From Spirochaetia bacterium (lineage in GTDB: Bacteria > Spirochaetota > UBA4802 > UBA5550): a stretch of 64,000 nt of DNA. Below, piece by piece: positions 49,505-59,200 of the stretch. Each line of letters opens with the position of its first letter. The first letter of the stretch is position 1. The notes beneath the pieces were generated by a model that saw only the letters and a list, made by a program, of their open reading frames with translations, did no database searches and was not told the DNA's origin. The position numbers and the translations under genes were made by a program. The stretch spans positions 147,086-211,085 of the forward strand of contig VFJS01000003.1 in the NCBI GenBank assembly GCA_009885955.1, read 5' to 3'.

Positions 49505-50848
49505 ATGATTGAATCTGTTGCCGCAGTCCTGGTCCATGGGGACCATCTGTTTCATATCAGGAGGCAGCTGAACCTCAATGCTTTTCCCGGGTACCTGGCA
49601 TTTCCCGGCGGGAAGATCGATGAAGGAGAACAGGAAACGCCATTTCTTAGCCCCATGCTCCAGAGGCATCCCCCCAGGCTGCTCCATGCGCTCTGCAGGG
49701 AGCTGAATGAAGAGCTTCAATTCGACCTCGTCGGCGCTATCCAGGCCGGGGATGTGAAAGATGTCATGTACCTTGGCCTGGCAAAACCGCCGACGCCGGC
49801 AATGGGAAGGTTTTCCTCCCATCATTTCAAGATTCTCCTCAATAGAAAAATTGATTTTACCGTTGACCCCAATGAGGCCTTCAGTTCCGGCTGGGAAAGA
49901 GCCGTAGACCTTTATGAGATGTTTAACCTGGGGAAGTTTCTTGCGGTAATTCCAACAATCAGGGTGATTGAAGAGCTGGCAAGGGATATACATGCCGGGC
50001 CCATTGAAAAGCTCAACGCCGTATGTGATTCCTCTGTGGAGGTCCCCATCCTCGAGCTCATTCGCGGTGTACGCCTGCTCTTCATCGAGTCGCGAACCTT
50101 CAAGCCCGTGCAGAAGACTAACGCACTCATCGTCGGCGACCCTCCCTATCTCATTGACCCTTCGCCGTCGTCGCCGGAAGAGCTGGCACGGGTCCTCTAT
50201 ACCATCAAGCCCTTCGCCCTGAAAGGCATCCTCATCACCCATCATCACCCGGATCACCATGAAAATGCCTTTGCCATCGCCGGGGAACTGGGGCTCCCGG
50301 TAAGGTGCAGCCCGGAAACCATTGTGCTCATGAAGGAACGTTACGGCGCCGGCTGCTTCAGCAATTGTGAAGTCATTCCCATTGACGAGGGGGATGTCCT
50401 CACCATGTGGCTCGGCCAGGCTATTCGCGTTTACAGTCTTCCGGGACATGACCGCGGTCAGATTGGGATAGCGCCTGACGGAATGGAGTGGTTTCTCGTT
50501 GGGGACCTCATTCAGGCATCAAACTGGAATATCCTCGGTGTTGTAATACCTGAAAAGGAAGGGGATATGGGAAGCTACATCTCATCCCTTCAACACGTAA
50601 TTGATCTCAACCCCGGTATCATAATCCCGTCCCATGGGATGCCCCTGGGGACAATCTTTCCAATCAGGGATACTCTGAAGGCCAGGCTGGAGAGGGAGGA
50701 ACTCATGCTGAAGCTCCACCTCGAGGGGAAAGACGAGGACGGTATTCTTTTCAGCGCCTACGGGCAGATTGATGAGTCGATGAAAATTTTTGCACGTTGG
50801 AATATACGGGCCCATCTGAAGAAGCTTGCCCGCGAGGGGAGGATATGA
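49505..50848 (+). CDS. NUDIX hydrolase domain fused to a metallo-beta-lactamase-fold hydrolase
   Basis: NUDIX box 'FPGGKIDEGEQE...ALCRELNEELQ'. MBL motif 'ILITHHHPDHHENA' (HxHxDH). Confidence 0.7.
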   Translation: MIESVAAVLVHGDHLFHIRRQLNLNAFPGYLAFPGGKIDEGEQETPFLSPMLQRHPPRLLHALCRELNEELQFDLVGAIQAGDVKDVMYLGLAKPPTPAMGRFSSHHFKILLNRKIDFTVDPNEAFSSGWERAVDLYEMFNLGKFLAVIPTIRVIEELARDIHAGPIEKLNAVCDSSVEVPILELIRGVRLLFIESRTFKPVQKTNALIVGDPPYLIDPSPSSPEELARVLYTIKPFALKGILITHHHPDHHENAFAIAGELGLPVRCSPETIVLMKERYGAGCFSNCEVIPIDEGDVLTMWLGQAIRVYSLPGHDRGQIGIAPDGMEWFLVGDLIQASNWNILGVVIPEKEGDMGSYISSLQHVIDLNPGIIIPSHGMPLGTIFPIRDTLKARLEREELMLKLHLEGKDEDGILFSAYGQIDESMKIFARWNIRAHLKKLAREGRI

Positions 50849-50898
50849 AAAGGAGGATCGTGAGTTTGAATTTTCATTGTTAATAAAATGTGCCGGTG

Positions 50899-50950
50899 CA
50901 ATGGAATTTGTGTTGACATCACCGGCATAATATATTATTTTTTTTCAAGA
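50899..50950 (+). terminator. Putative rho-independent terminator
   Basis: ATGCCGGTG-22 nt loop-CACCGGCAT followed by AATATATTATTTTTTTT. Confidence 0.4.
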
Positions 50951-51034
50951 GTTGATGCCTCGTGTAATAATTTTGTTCGATATTTTACATTGCATTTTTC
51001 AAGGTGACAGATTATTTTTATATATCATTACTGG

Positions 51035-52684
51035 TTGAACGTATTGAATCAGTTCTGTTTTCAGGTTCCCCCGCGGGAGTATTTGGGTTTCATGCATGAT
51101 ATGCTGCTCAATTATCCGGGGGATCGGTATGATGTTTTATACCTATTTCTGATCGAAGAGGAATGCATGAACAACAGGCGGCCTTCAATTATTGTAACCG
51201 GCGCTTCCGGCTTTATCGGGAGCTATTTTCTCGATTCGGCAAAGGATACATACAGGATATATGCCATTGCCCGGCGGTCACAGAAAGAGGCCGGCATCAA
51301 GCTGCACGACAATATCACCTGGATGCAGATCGATATATCCAACTGGACATCGCTGAAAGTACTGGCACACAAGATAATGAATGACGGGGGGGCTGATTAT
51401 ATTTTCCACCTGGCAGGATATTATGATTTTTCGATGCAGGACAACCCTGAATACGAATTGACCAATGTGGTGGGAACAAAGAATATGCTTCTCCTGGCCA
51501 GGATGCTTTCTATCAAACGCTTCATATTTTCCAGCTCCCTGGCGATATCAAACTTTATCAACATTAAGGAAAAGATAACGGAGTCGACTCCCCCCGATGC
51601 CGACTATCCCTACGCGGTGAGCAAGAGAAAGGGTGAGGAACTGGTAAAGGAATATTCAGCATGGGTCCCGGCGTCCATTGTAAGGTTTGCCGCGGTGTTC
51701 AGCGACTGGTGCCAGTACCCGCCGCTCTATGTTTTTCTCTCGACATGGCTCTCGCAGAGATGGAACGCGAGGATCCTGGGGGGGAGGGGGGAATCGGCAG
51801 TGAGTTATATTTATATCTCGGAACTGATCAGTCTCATTAACACTATCCTGGAAAAAAGTGACTCCCTTTTAAACATCGACACCTATATTGCCAGCCCAAG
51901 CGGCTGTACATCCCATGGAGAACTTTTCAGCCGTGCCACAGAGTATTTTTACGGGGGGAAAATAAAGCCTTTAAAGATTCCTGTGACACTGGCATATCCG
52001 GGAGTGTACTTGAGGAATATCATCGGTTCACTGAAAGGAGTCCCTCCCTTTGAAAAGCCATGGATGCTGAAATATATTGATCACAAGCTGGATGTCGATT
52101 CATCATACACGTCGAAGACCCTGGGTTGGGAACCGAATCCGCGGTCTGACATTTCCAGCAGGCTCCTCTATATGATTGCAAAGCTGAAAACAGAGCCGGA
52201 TACATGGATTGCAAAAAATGAAGCAGCACTTAAGCGGATAGCCCTGAGGCCGAACCTCCTGATTTCAGAAGAAATGGCAATATCAAAAGATATTTTTGTC
52301 AGGGAGATTATCGGGCACATTCTCGGGCCTGGAAACAGGCAGATTTTTAAAACTCTCAACAAAATCAATCCCGGCGAGCTTGAAAATGAGATCAATGAAA
52401 TTTATGATGTACTCATGTCATCGGTGCAGATAAACGACAGGATAATCCTGTTTAATTACATATGCTATTTCTGTTTTCATCATTTTGACAGCGGTATTGA
52501 GCCCGGTGAGGCAAAGCAGCTTGTATCCGCCTTCAATGAAATCCTGGTGAGAAGACTGGCGCCAAAGCTTAAGCACAGGGTAACCCGGCAGGATATCCAT
52601 GATTCATTGACAATGATGCTGGTCATTGTCAATGATGAAATAACCGATATATATGAAAATGTTTTATCCAGGAAAAATGATTAG
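51035..52684 (+). CDS. NAD-dependent epimerase/dehydratase-family protein with ~230-aa C-terminal extension
   Basis: 'IIVTGASGFIGSYF' Rossmann and 'YAVSKRKGE' YxxxK. Probable start ATG 51167 (MNNRRPSII). Confidence 0.75.
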   Translation: MNVLNQFCFQVPPREYLGFMHDMLLNYPGDRYDVLYLFLIEEECMNNRRPSIIVTGASGFIGSYFLDSAKDTYRIYAIARRSQKEAGIKLHDNITWMQIDISNWTSLKVLAHKIMNDGGADYIFHLAGYYDFSMQDNPEYELTNVVGTKNMLLLARMLSIKRFIFSSSLAISNFINIKEKITESTPPDADYPYAVSKRKGEELVKEYSAWVPASIVRFAAVFSDWCQYPPLYVFLSTWLSQRWNARILGGRGESAVSYIYISELISLINTILEKSDSLLNIDTYIASPSGCTSHGELFSRATEYFYGGKIKPLKIPVTLAYPGVYLRNIIGSLKGVPPFEKPWMLKYIDHKLDVDSSYTSKTLGWEPNPRSDISSRLLYMIAKLKTEPDTWIAKNEAALKRIALRPNLLISEEMAISKDIFVREIIGHILGPGNRQIFKTLNKINPGELENEINEIYDVLMSSVQINDRIILFNYICYFCFHHFDSGIEPGEAKQLVSAFNEILVRRLAPKLKHRVTRQDIHDSLTMMLVIVNDEITDIYENVLSRKND

Positions 52685-52814
52685 AATTTTGTATTGTTGA
52701 TAAAATTCTTTGAAGCAATTCATCACAGGGGCCCGCGGCAGTCCCGGCATTCAATTTCCGGTGGCCCCTGCAAATAGCTGCATCACTGTCCAGTACCGTA
52801 ATTTTCCCCTGCTG

Positions 52815-53963
52815 TTACAGCCCCAGCCCCTTGGATATAATCAATTTCATGATTTCCGATGTCCCTGCATAGATGGTCTGTATCCTGGCATCAGCATAAA
52901 ATCTTGAAATAGGATATTCGGCGCAGTATCCGTAGCCTCCGAAGAGCTGCAGACACCTGTCGGTCACCCGTTTCAGCATTTCGCATACCCAGAGTTTGGC
53001 CATGGAGGTCTCCTGAGTCACATCTTTGCCTGCCATGTGATTTTTTATGAGGTCGTCGGTAAAGCTCCTGCCCACGGCGATTTCTGCCGCAGTTTCAGCC
53101 AGGACAAACTGCGTGTTCTGGAACCGGGATAACTTTTTCCCGAAGGCGCTTCTCTCTTTCACGTAGTCCAGGGTAATCTCCAGGCACCTCTCGGCAGCGG
53201 CCTGGGCGCCCATGGCGCATACCAGCCTTTCCTGCTGAAGTTTCTGCATGAGATAGATGAAGCCCATTCCCTCCATGCCGAGGAGGTTTTCCGAAGGGAT
53301 GATGCAGTCATCAAAGAAGAGTTCTGCCGTGTCCTGGGCGTGGAGGCCTATTTTTTTTATGGGGCCATTCCGTGAAAATCCCGGCGCATCCCTCTCCACG
53401 ACAAAGAGGCTCATGGACTTGTGGAGCGGCGTATCACCGGTGCCGGTCTTTGCCGCAACGACAATGATGTCGGAAATGAGGCCGTTTGATATGAAGGTCT
53501 TCTGGCCGTTCAGCACCCATGAATCGCCGTTTTTTACGGCCCGTGTTCTCATTGACGCAAGGTCGGAACCGGTTTCGGGCTCGGTCATGGCCACGGCAAG
53601 GATGGCGTCGCCGCTTGTGCACCGGGGGAGCCAGCGCATCTTCTGCTCTTCCGTTCCATAAGATGCGATATAGGGGGCCACGATGTCATTATGCATTGCA
53701 ATGAAAAGGCTCCCGAAGCCGGACCGTGCGATCTCCTCTGCGATGATGACCGAGTAGAGGAAATCGGCCCCGTTCCCGCCGTAGGTTTCATCGGCCCAGG
53801 GCACCAGGTAGCCGCTGTCGCCGAATTTTTTCCAGATTTCACGCGGGACCATCCCTGCCGATTCCCACGAGCTGTAGTGATCCGCGGCCTCCCGTGCAAT
53901 GAACCTCCTGAATGTTTCGCGGAAGATGACGTGCTCCTCCAGGAAATTAATTGACCTGTCCAT
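52815..53963 (-). CDS. Acyl-CoA dehydrogenase
   Basis: ACAD N/M/C domain signatures: 'YGGNGADFLYSVIIAEEIAR', 'LNGQKTFISNG', 'QLFGGYGYCAEYPISRFYADARIQTIYAGTSEI'. Confidence 0.9.
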   Translation of the reverse strand: MDRSINFLEEHVIFRETFRRFIAREAADHYSSWESAGMVPREIWKKFGDSGYLVPWADETYGGNGADFLYSVIIAEEIARSGFGSLFIAMHNDIVAPYIASYGTEEQKMRWLPRCTSGDAILAVAMTEPETGSDLASMRTRAVKNGDSWVLNGQKTFISNGLISDIIVVAAKTGTGDTPLHKSMSLFVVERDAPGFSRNGPIKKIGLHAQDTAELFFDDCIIPSENLLGMEGMGFIYLMQKLQQERLVCAMGAQAAAERCLEITLDYVKERSAFGKKLSRFQNTQFVLAETAAEIAVGRSFTDDLIKNHMAGKDVTQETSMAKLWVCEMLKRVTDRCLQLFGGYGYCAEYPISRFYADARIQTIYAGTSEIMKLIISKGLGL

Positions 53964-54022
53964 AGTAACTCCTTGTAGTGAATGTCTTTATGCCCTCATC
54001 AACTTCGACAAGCTCAGTGCAC

Positions 54023-54365
54023 CGCCCGGCCCCTTCTCCCGGCAAGGCTGACTTCTACCCACATTTCTGTAAAAGAAGCACTTTAACCTAAGCCCCCGGC
54101 GGATAGAATCAATTCTTGATTATAACATACTGCCGCCACCCCCGGAGGGGGTTTATTACCATTTTTTTCATTCCAGAAAACGTTTTTCACAAACTATTTA
54201 TATAAAAATATCTGAATTAATGTATTTCACTGCATAAAAAATACTTTTTTTATTAACCCCCTCCGGGGGTGGCCGGAAAAGATTAACACATCATAAAAAT
54301 TCCCTCGGCCGGGGGCTGCTACATAAGATGTGGGTAGAAATCAGCCGGCAGGGAGAAGGGGTGTG
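54023..54365. repeat. ~345-bp composite palindrome with three nested GC-rich inverted-repeat pairs around an AT-rich core
   Basis: Pairs: CCCGGCCCCTTCTCCCGG..CTTCTACCCACAT / ATGTGGGTAGAA..CCGGCAGGGAGAAGGGG; GCCCCCGGC / GCCGGGGGC; GCCACCCCCGGAGGGGGTT / AACCCCCTCCGGGGGTGGC. The outer arms share the CCCCTCTCCCGG-type motif of repeat module A. Confidence 0.8.
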
Positions 54366-54378
54366 GAAAATCAGGCTT

Positions 54379-56067
54379 TTATCCTGTTTTTTTATTACCG
54401 GTGATGATTTTATCAACCTTCCACTTTTTTTCGAAATTGAAAAGGCGTATCCCCTTTTTCTCTGCGGATTCCGCAGGCGGGACCATTGACATGGCCCTTT
54501 CGGTGATTGCGGTTATGGAAAGCGAGGGGTTCACGCCCAGGTTGGCAGGGATCATGGACCCGTCGCAGACCCACATGTTTTTGTATCCGTATACCCTGTT
54601 GGACATGTCGATTACCCCTTCATCAACCGTGGGACCAATGGAGCAGCCTCCAAGGATATGGGCCGTGAGGGGGATGTTGAACAGGGCCTCGTTGATGGAA
54701 CTGCCTGGATATCCATCGATATTTTTTGCCAGAGCCCTGGCAAAGGTGTTGGCAACGGGGATGTGCGAGGGAATTTTTTTGAACCCCGGTTCGTCGCCTG
54801 AGGTCAGGGTTTTTTTAAAGGGATTCAGGAATCCGCGCCTCAGCATGAGCCTGATTCTGTTGTCATAGGTCTGCATGACCAGGAGGATTATTGTCCTTCT
54901 GGCAAAGTCCAGGGGGAATATCCACCTGAGCCATCTCACGGGATGTTTCAAAATCCCGGCTAAATATTGAATCCACCTCGGGGTCTTTCTGTCGCCGTCG
55001 GTCATAATCGAGCTTGATATGAATCCCATGGCGTCGGAGCCCTTTGAGAACCTGACAGGCTCTATGTGGGTATGACTGTCGGGGTGGACGCTCGATGTTA
55101 TTGCCGGGCCACGGGAGAAATCGATGGTCCTGTTTTTTGAATATACTCCCAGGAGCGTCTCGCTGTTGGTCCTGGTGCTCAACCCCAGTGCAGGGGAGAT
55201 GCCGGGCATGATCCCCTTACCCTTCATCCTGAGGAGAAGGTTCACCGTGCCCAGTACACCGGCTGAAAGGACAATCCCTTTCGCTCTGAATTTTTTTCTT
55301 TTTATTATCGAAAGGCCCGTTGTGCCTTTTGCCGTCACCTCGTATCCGGCTGAGCCGTCTTCCGACAGGGGCCGAATCCCTGTCACCGTGGTTTCGCTGA
55401 TAACGGCGGCGCCGAGTTTTTCCGCGAAGTAGAGGTAGTTCTTGTCCAGGGTGTTCTTGGCGTCGAACCTGCAGCCCACCATGCACCCTCCGCAGAAGTT
55501 GCATCCTGTCCTGTCGGGCCCGTCGCCCATGAAATAGGGGTCCTTTACCCTGACGTCGGGGTCGCCGGTGAATATGCCGATTTCCGTGGGGGTGAATGTT
55601 TTTTCTGCGCCGAACTCCCCTGCTGTTTTTTTCATGAGTTCATCCACCTCGCTCAGGTGGGGATTCTGAATGGCCCCGAGCATCCGCTTTGCCAGCTCAT
55701 AGTAGGGGAGGAGGCCCTTTTTCCCGCCCATTTTTTTTACCGTAGAATTTTCAAAGAATTCCGGCAACGGTAGGTAGAGGGTGTTGGCGTAGTTCAGGCT
55801 GCCGCCGCCCACACCGGCGCCTGCGAGAATTGCCACGTCCCTGAGAAACTTTATCCTCCACGTGCCGTAGAGAAAGAGTGACGGGACGAAGAGGTACTTT
55901 CGAAGGTTCCAGTTGGTTTTGGGAAAATCTTCAGGCCTGTACCTTCTGCCGGCTTCAAGGACTGCAACTTTGTATCCCTTCTGCGACAGCCTCATTGCTG
56001 AAACGCTCCCGCCGAATCCCGAGCCTATTATTATAAAGTCGTAATCATATTCACTATCGCGGTTCAT
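54379..56067 (-). CDS. GMC-family FAD-dependent oxidoreductase
   Basis: 'DYDFIIIGSGFGGSVSAMRLSQKGYKVAVLEAG' FAD-binding fold. C-terminal GMC_oxred_C-like region 'GGCSIGPTVDEGVIDMSNRVYGYKNMWVCDGSMIPANLGVNPSLSITAI'. Confidence 0.8.
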   Translation of the reverse strand: MNRDSEYDYDFIIIGSGFGGSVSAMRLSQKGYKVAVLEAGRRYRPEDFPKTNWNLRKYLFVPSLFLYGTWRIKFLRDVAILAGAGVGGGSLNYANTLYLPLPEFFENSTVKKMGGKKGLLPYYELAKRMLGAIQNPHLSEVDELMKKTAGEFGAEKTFTPTEIGIFTGDPDVRVKDPYFMGDGPDRTGCNFCGGCMVGCRFDAKNTLDKNYLYFAEKLGAAVISETTVTGIRPLSEDGSAGYEVTAKGTTGLSIIKRKKFRAKGIVLSAGVLGTVNLLLRMKGKGIMPGISPALGLSTRTNSETLLGVYSKNRTIDFSRGPAITSSVHPDSHTHIEPVRFSKGSDAMGFISSSIMTDGDRKTPRWIQYLAGILKHPVRWLRWIFPLDFARRTIILLVMQTYDNRIRLMLRRGFLNPFKKTLTSGDEPGFKKIPSHIPVANTFARALAKNIDGYPGSSINEALFNIPLTAHILGGCSIGPTVDEGVIDMSNRVYGYKNMWVCDGSMIPANLGVNPSLSITAITERAMSMVPPAESAEKKGIRLFNFEKKWKVDKIITGNKKTG

Positions 56068-56213
56068 GTATGCCTGCCTAGTGTTGCAAAATATAAATAT
56101 ATAATCCTTTCTGAAAAGGATTATATATTCTTTATTGAAAATTGCAAGAATAAAATTATGTCCCTCCGCTTGAAAAGCGGTTTTCTGTAAAAAATCATCA
56201 TGTTCAAGAATAG

Positions 56214-56315
56214 AGATAGGGAGATGTGGGGATAAGAAAATGTGATAGGGGGATGAGATAATAATTTAAATTTTTTTATTATCCCCATAATCTCTCTTTC
56301 TTCTCCCCCTATCTC
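56214..56315. promoter_or_regulatory. Inverted repeat with C/G tracts upstream of the csoR-family gene promoter (candidate operator)
   Basis: GAGATAGGGAGATGTGGGGATAA...GATAGGGGGAT...TTATCCCCATAATCTCTC..CTCCCCCTATCTC. Followed by TTGACA (56327-56332) -17- TATGAT (56350-56355) and a leader of under 20 nt. Confidence 0.5.
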
Positions 56316-56370
56316 CACAAAAAAGCTTGACATTCAACCCCTGTTCCTTTATGATACTCTTAGGGAGTAC

Positions 56371-56688
56371 ATGTATATGAATAAAAAGGATACACATGGC
56401 GTGAATGCTGAAAGGACGGCCCATCATTCTGGGGAGCTGAAGGATAACATACTCAAAAGGCTCGGCAGGATAGAGGGTCAGATACGCGGGATCTCGAGGA
56501 TGGTCAATGAGAATACCTACTGCAACGACGTGCTTCAGCAGATATCATCGGTTGAATCGGCGCTGGACGGTGTCAAGACCGTACTCCTCGAGGCCCACCT
56601 GAGGAGCTGCATCATTGAGCAGATCCGCGATGGGAAGGATGATGTCATGGATGAATTGATTGTAACCCTCAGGAAGTTCATGAGGTAG
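56371..56688 (+). CDS. CsoR/RcnR/FrmR-family metal-sensing transcriptional repressor
   Basis: 'LKRLGRIEGQIRGISRMVNENTYCNDVLQQISSVESALDGV...EAHLRSCI' with the C..H..C ligand pattern of DUF156. Confidence 0.8.
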   Translation: MYMNKKDTHGVNAERTAHHSGELKDNILKRLGRIEGQIRGISRMVNENTYCNDVLQQISSVESALDGVKTVLLEAHLRSCIIEQIRDGKDDVMDELIVTLRKFMR

Positions 56689-56835
56689 CGCGGGCCTGTT
56701 CATATTTCAACCCTTTCATTGATTCATATTTTTAAAAGATTTATCATGAATACATATATATTAAAATGTAACAATTTTTTGATTGACCTTTCATAATGTC
56801 AGGCCATGATGACTAATCTATAAAAGATTTGCCTT

Positions 56836-57273
56836 ATGATAAATATATATAATACTAAAATGAAGAGAAACATTTTAACGGCCGCACTGGTGAGCGTAAT
56901 TTTTGTCATATCCATGGGGCATCTCTGTTTCTGTGCTGCTGATTCCGGGATTTCAGAGAAGAAAAACATTCATCACGGCTGTTCCCAATCTGCTCAGAAG
57001 CAGGAGACAAAGAATAATTTTGTTCTTAAAAATTCATGCTGCTGCGGTGAAGGAAAATATGAAATTCAGCTTATCACCAGTCCATCAGGCTCATACTCCC
57101 TTGAGAATAAACAGAAATTTCATGATTCATTTTTTATTTTTTCAGACAGGAATATATTATTATCAGGTACTAAAATACAAAATACCGGAATTTTTAACAT
57201 AAAGTATTATCTCTCATTACGATCGATATTCACTGACGACCTCCATATCAAGCATTCTTCTTTTCTGATTTAA
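56836..57273 (+). CDS. Small secreted Cys-rich protein (CxC, CCCG motifs)
   Basis: Signal peptide, then 'HLCFCAAD', 'HHGCSQS', 'NSCCCGEG'. Paralogous CC(C)G motif in the 58698 gene. Confidence 0.35.
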   Translation: MINIYNTKMKRNILTAALVSVIFVISMGHLCFCAADSGISEKKNIHHGCSQSAQKQETKNNFVLKNSCCCGEGKYEIQLITSPSGSYSLENKQKFHDSFFIFSDRNILLSGTKIQNTGIFNIKYYLSLRSIFTDDLHIKHSSFLI

Positions 57274-57446
57274 ATTCACCTGTAAGATCTATTTATTCTT
57301 TTACATTAGTGTCATGAAGGCATTCATTTCTTTATGGTATGTATTTGCCATATTCAATCAGCCGTGCACTGAAAAGGAGAGTACAACTGATGATAAGAAA
57401 AAATGTTCAGGTTGATTAAAAATTTAATTTTATCTGCGAGAAATAA

Positions 57447-58001
57447 ATGAAAAACTTTAATAAATTAGTGCCGCTGGCAATTCTTCTTTTTGTCCTGGCA
57501 CCCAGTTCAAAAATACTCATGGCACAGCATTCTCACGGCGGGAGCGGTCGTGGAAGTAATAATATGTCGGGTCACGGGAATCATGTCATATCTGATCAGA
57601 AAAACAAGGATGATGTAGATTCCGGTGATGTAAAAATGGTTGTTGTAGATAATATCCAGGCTGCCTTTGAAATCTACAGCAAAGCAAAATATAATGAAAT
57701 GGCGGATTCGATGAAAGTCAGAAAGGTCCATGCAGATAATAATTCCAGCCATTTTATCATCATAAGCCTTATGAACAGGCCGGACATGAAGCAGATAAAA
57801 AATGCTTCAATTGAAGTTGAACTCATGTCTCCCTATACGGGAAGCGCAAAGAAGAAGGCCTATGCAATGGAAGGGGGCGGCATGTTCCATTATGCCGTAG
57901 ACTTTACGATGAATACCAGGGGGACCTATAAGGTGAGCGCAGTGATTAATATCGACGGGAAAGATTTAAAAGCCGAAACGGATTTTACCATAAAAAAATA
58001 A
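57447..58001 (+). CDS. Secreted His-rich protein, putative periplasmic metal-binding
   Basis: Signal peptide, then 'AQHSHGGSGRGSNNMSGHGNH'. C-terminal beta-rich domain with 'MEGGGMFHY'. Confidence 0.4.
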   Translation: MKNFNKLVPLAILLFVLAPSSKILMAQHSHGGSGRGSNNMSGHGNHVISDQKNKDDVDSGDVKMVVVDNIQAAFEIYSKAKYNEMADSMKVRKVHADNNSSHFIIISLMNRPDMKQIKNASIEVELMSPYTGSAKKKAYAMEGGGMFHYAVDFTMNTRGTYKVSAVINIDGKDLKAETDFTIKK

Positions 58002-58123
58002 AAAGATAACTGGGTTCAATTGATACCGGTACATGTCAGATAACTATAAAGTCCTGAGTTGAGTGTTTTAATATATTGATGTATTGAATAAACGTTTTAA
58101 ACCAGAAAAAAAGGAGAAAAAAA

Positions 58124-58651
58124 ATGAGAATCAAATCATGTTTGCTTGTCGCTGCTTTTATTGCGGGAATGAGTGGGAATCTAATGGCTTATGAAGATAT
58201 TCAACATCATCCGAAGTGCAAATATTCCGGGATGGACAGGGAGAAATTCGCCCATAGCAGAATTCTCGTGGTATATGACGATGGGTCGTCTGTGGGGACC
58301 GGAAGCCTCAGGTGCGCTTCAATCGATCTGGCAATCAATTTTACCAGGAAAGTCAAATCCATGAAAGCCGGCGACTATAAGACAAAGAACCTTATTGATG
58401 CCGGGAAAGCGTACTGGGTAATCGGAGGTAAGGTAAAAGGGGTGATGACAAAAAATCCCAAGTGGGCATTTGAAAAAAAAGAGGATGCCCAGGCCTTCAT
58501 TAATGAAAATGGAGGGACTCTTACCTCCTTTGACACAGCATTAAAGACCACATATAATGATATGATGAGCGACACCTCCTATCTTCATGATATGATGAAA
58601 GGAATGAAGGGCAATAATGGCGGTCATGGAGATTCACACCATGGTCATTGA
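58124..58651 (+). CDS. NosL-family-like copper-binding protein with His-rich C-terminal tail
   Basis: Matches P. stutzeri NosL recalled from memory: 'LIDAGKAYWVIGGKVKGVMT...FEKKEDAQAFINENGGTLTSFDTALK' versus NosL 'LIDATSAYYVVGTSLKGAMG...FAEEQDAKALAGMHGGRVLRFEEIDQALL'. His-rich end 'GGHGDSHHGH'. The N-terminal CxxC of NosL is reduced to a single Cys. Confidence 0.5.
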   Translation: MRIKSCLLVAAFIAGMSGNLMAYEDIQHHPKCKYSGMDREKFAHSRILVVYDDGSSVGTGSLRCASIDLAINFTRKVKSMKAGDYKTKNLIDAGKAYWVIGGKVKGVMTKNPKWAFEKKEDAQAFINENGGTLTSFDTALKTTYNDMMSDTSYLHDMMKGMKGNNGGHGDSHHGH

Positions 58652-58697
58652 AAGCCCGGTAAAGACTGATCATAAATATAGATAAGGGGGTTATTCC

Positions 58698-58931
58698 ATG
58701 CGTAAGTACATAATTATAACCGGAGTTGTTGGATTAATCGGGCTGGCATTCGTCTTGTCAGATTTCAAGAGTTCCGTAATGTCAAAAGGCATTGACAGGG
58801 AAAGATTGCAGGGTGTCTGTCCTGGAGCAGGCGGATCTCTGAAAAGCGGCAATGAAAACGGATCAGAGGGAAATAACGGGACGGGTGCTTCATGTTGCGG
58901 GAAGGGGAATCAGTGCTGTAACAGGCGATGA
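58698..58931 (+). CDS. Small membrane-anchored Cys-rich protein (SCCGKGNQCC)
   Basis: N-terminal TM helix. C-terminal 'GVCPGAGG...GASCCGKGNQCCNRR'. Confidence 0.35.
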   Translation: MRKYIIITGVVGLIGLAFVLSDFKSSVMSKGIDRERLQGVCPGAGGSLKSGNENGSEGNNGTGASCCGKGNQCCNRR

Positions 58932-59143
58932 ATGGAGAGAAGGTGATGAGTATGGCTATTTCATTCTGGGCAGCGCCAAAAATGACCGCCGGGCATCTTA
59001 TGTTTTCTGCGGTTATGACCGCTTATATGTTGATAGGGATACAATTTGAGGAACGGGACCTGGTAAAAATTTTTGGTGATGATTACAGGAATTACCGGGA
59101 GCGGGTGCCGATGCTGATCCCAGTGACGGGAAAAAACAAATGA
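58928..59143 (+). pseudogene. Isolated C-terminal fragment of an isoprenylcysteine carboxyl methyltransferase (ICMT/PEMT)-family protein
   Basis: 71 aa: 'GIQFEERDLVKIFGDDYRNYRERVPMLIP' matches the ICMT C-terminal EE..L...FG..Y..Y...VP motif. The upstream in-frame codon is TAA at 58919, so the ~120-aa membrane N-terminus is absent. Confidence 0.45.
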
Positions 59144-59200
59144 AAATTTTTATTCGAGTATATTTTGTAAATAATATATGAAACAAGAAGGAGCCGTTAT

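Noticed and set aside
49499-50449. 316-aa minus-strand ORF
   Set aside because: Fully antisense to the NUDIX-MBL gene, which has clear domain signatures. The antisense product has no motifs and a biased Arg/Pro-rich composition typical of antisense ORFs. Similar antisense ORFs at 4566-5261, 16425-17132, 18916-19641, 26687-27256, 27139-27579 and 12566-13087 were rejected for the same reason.
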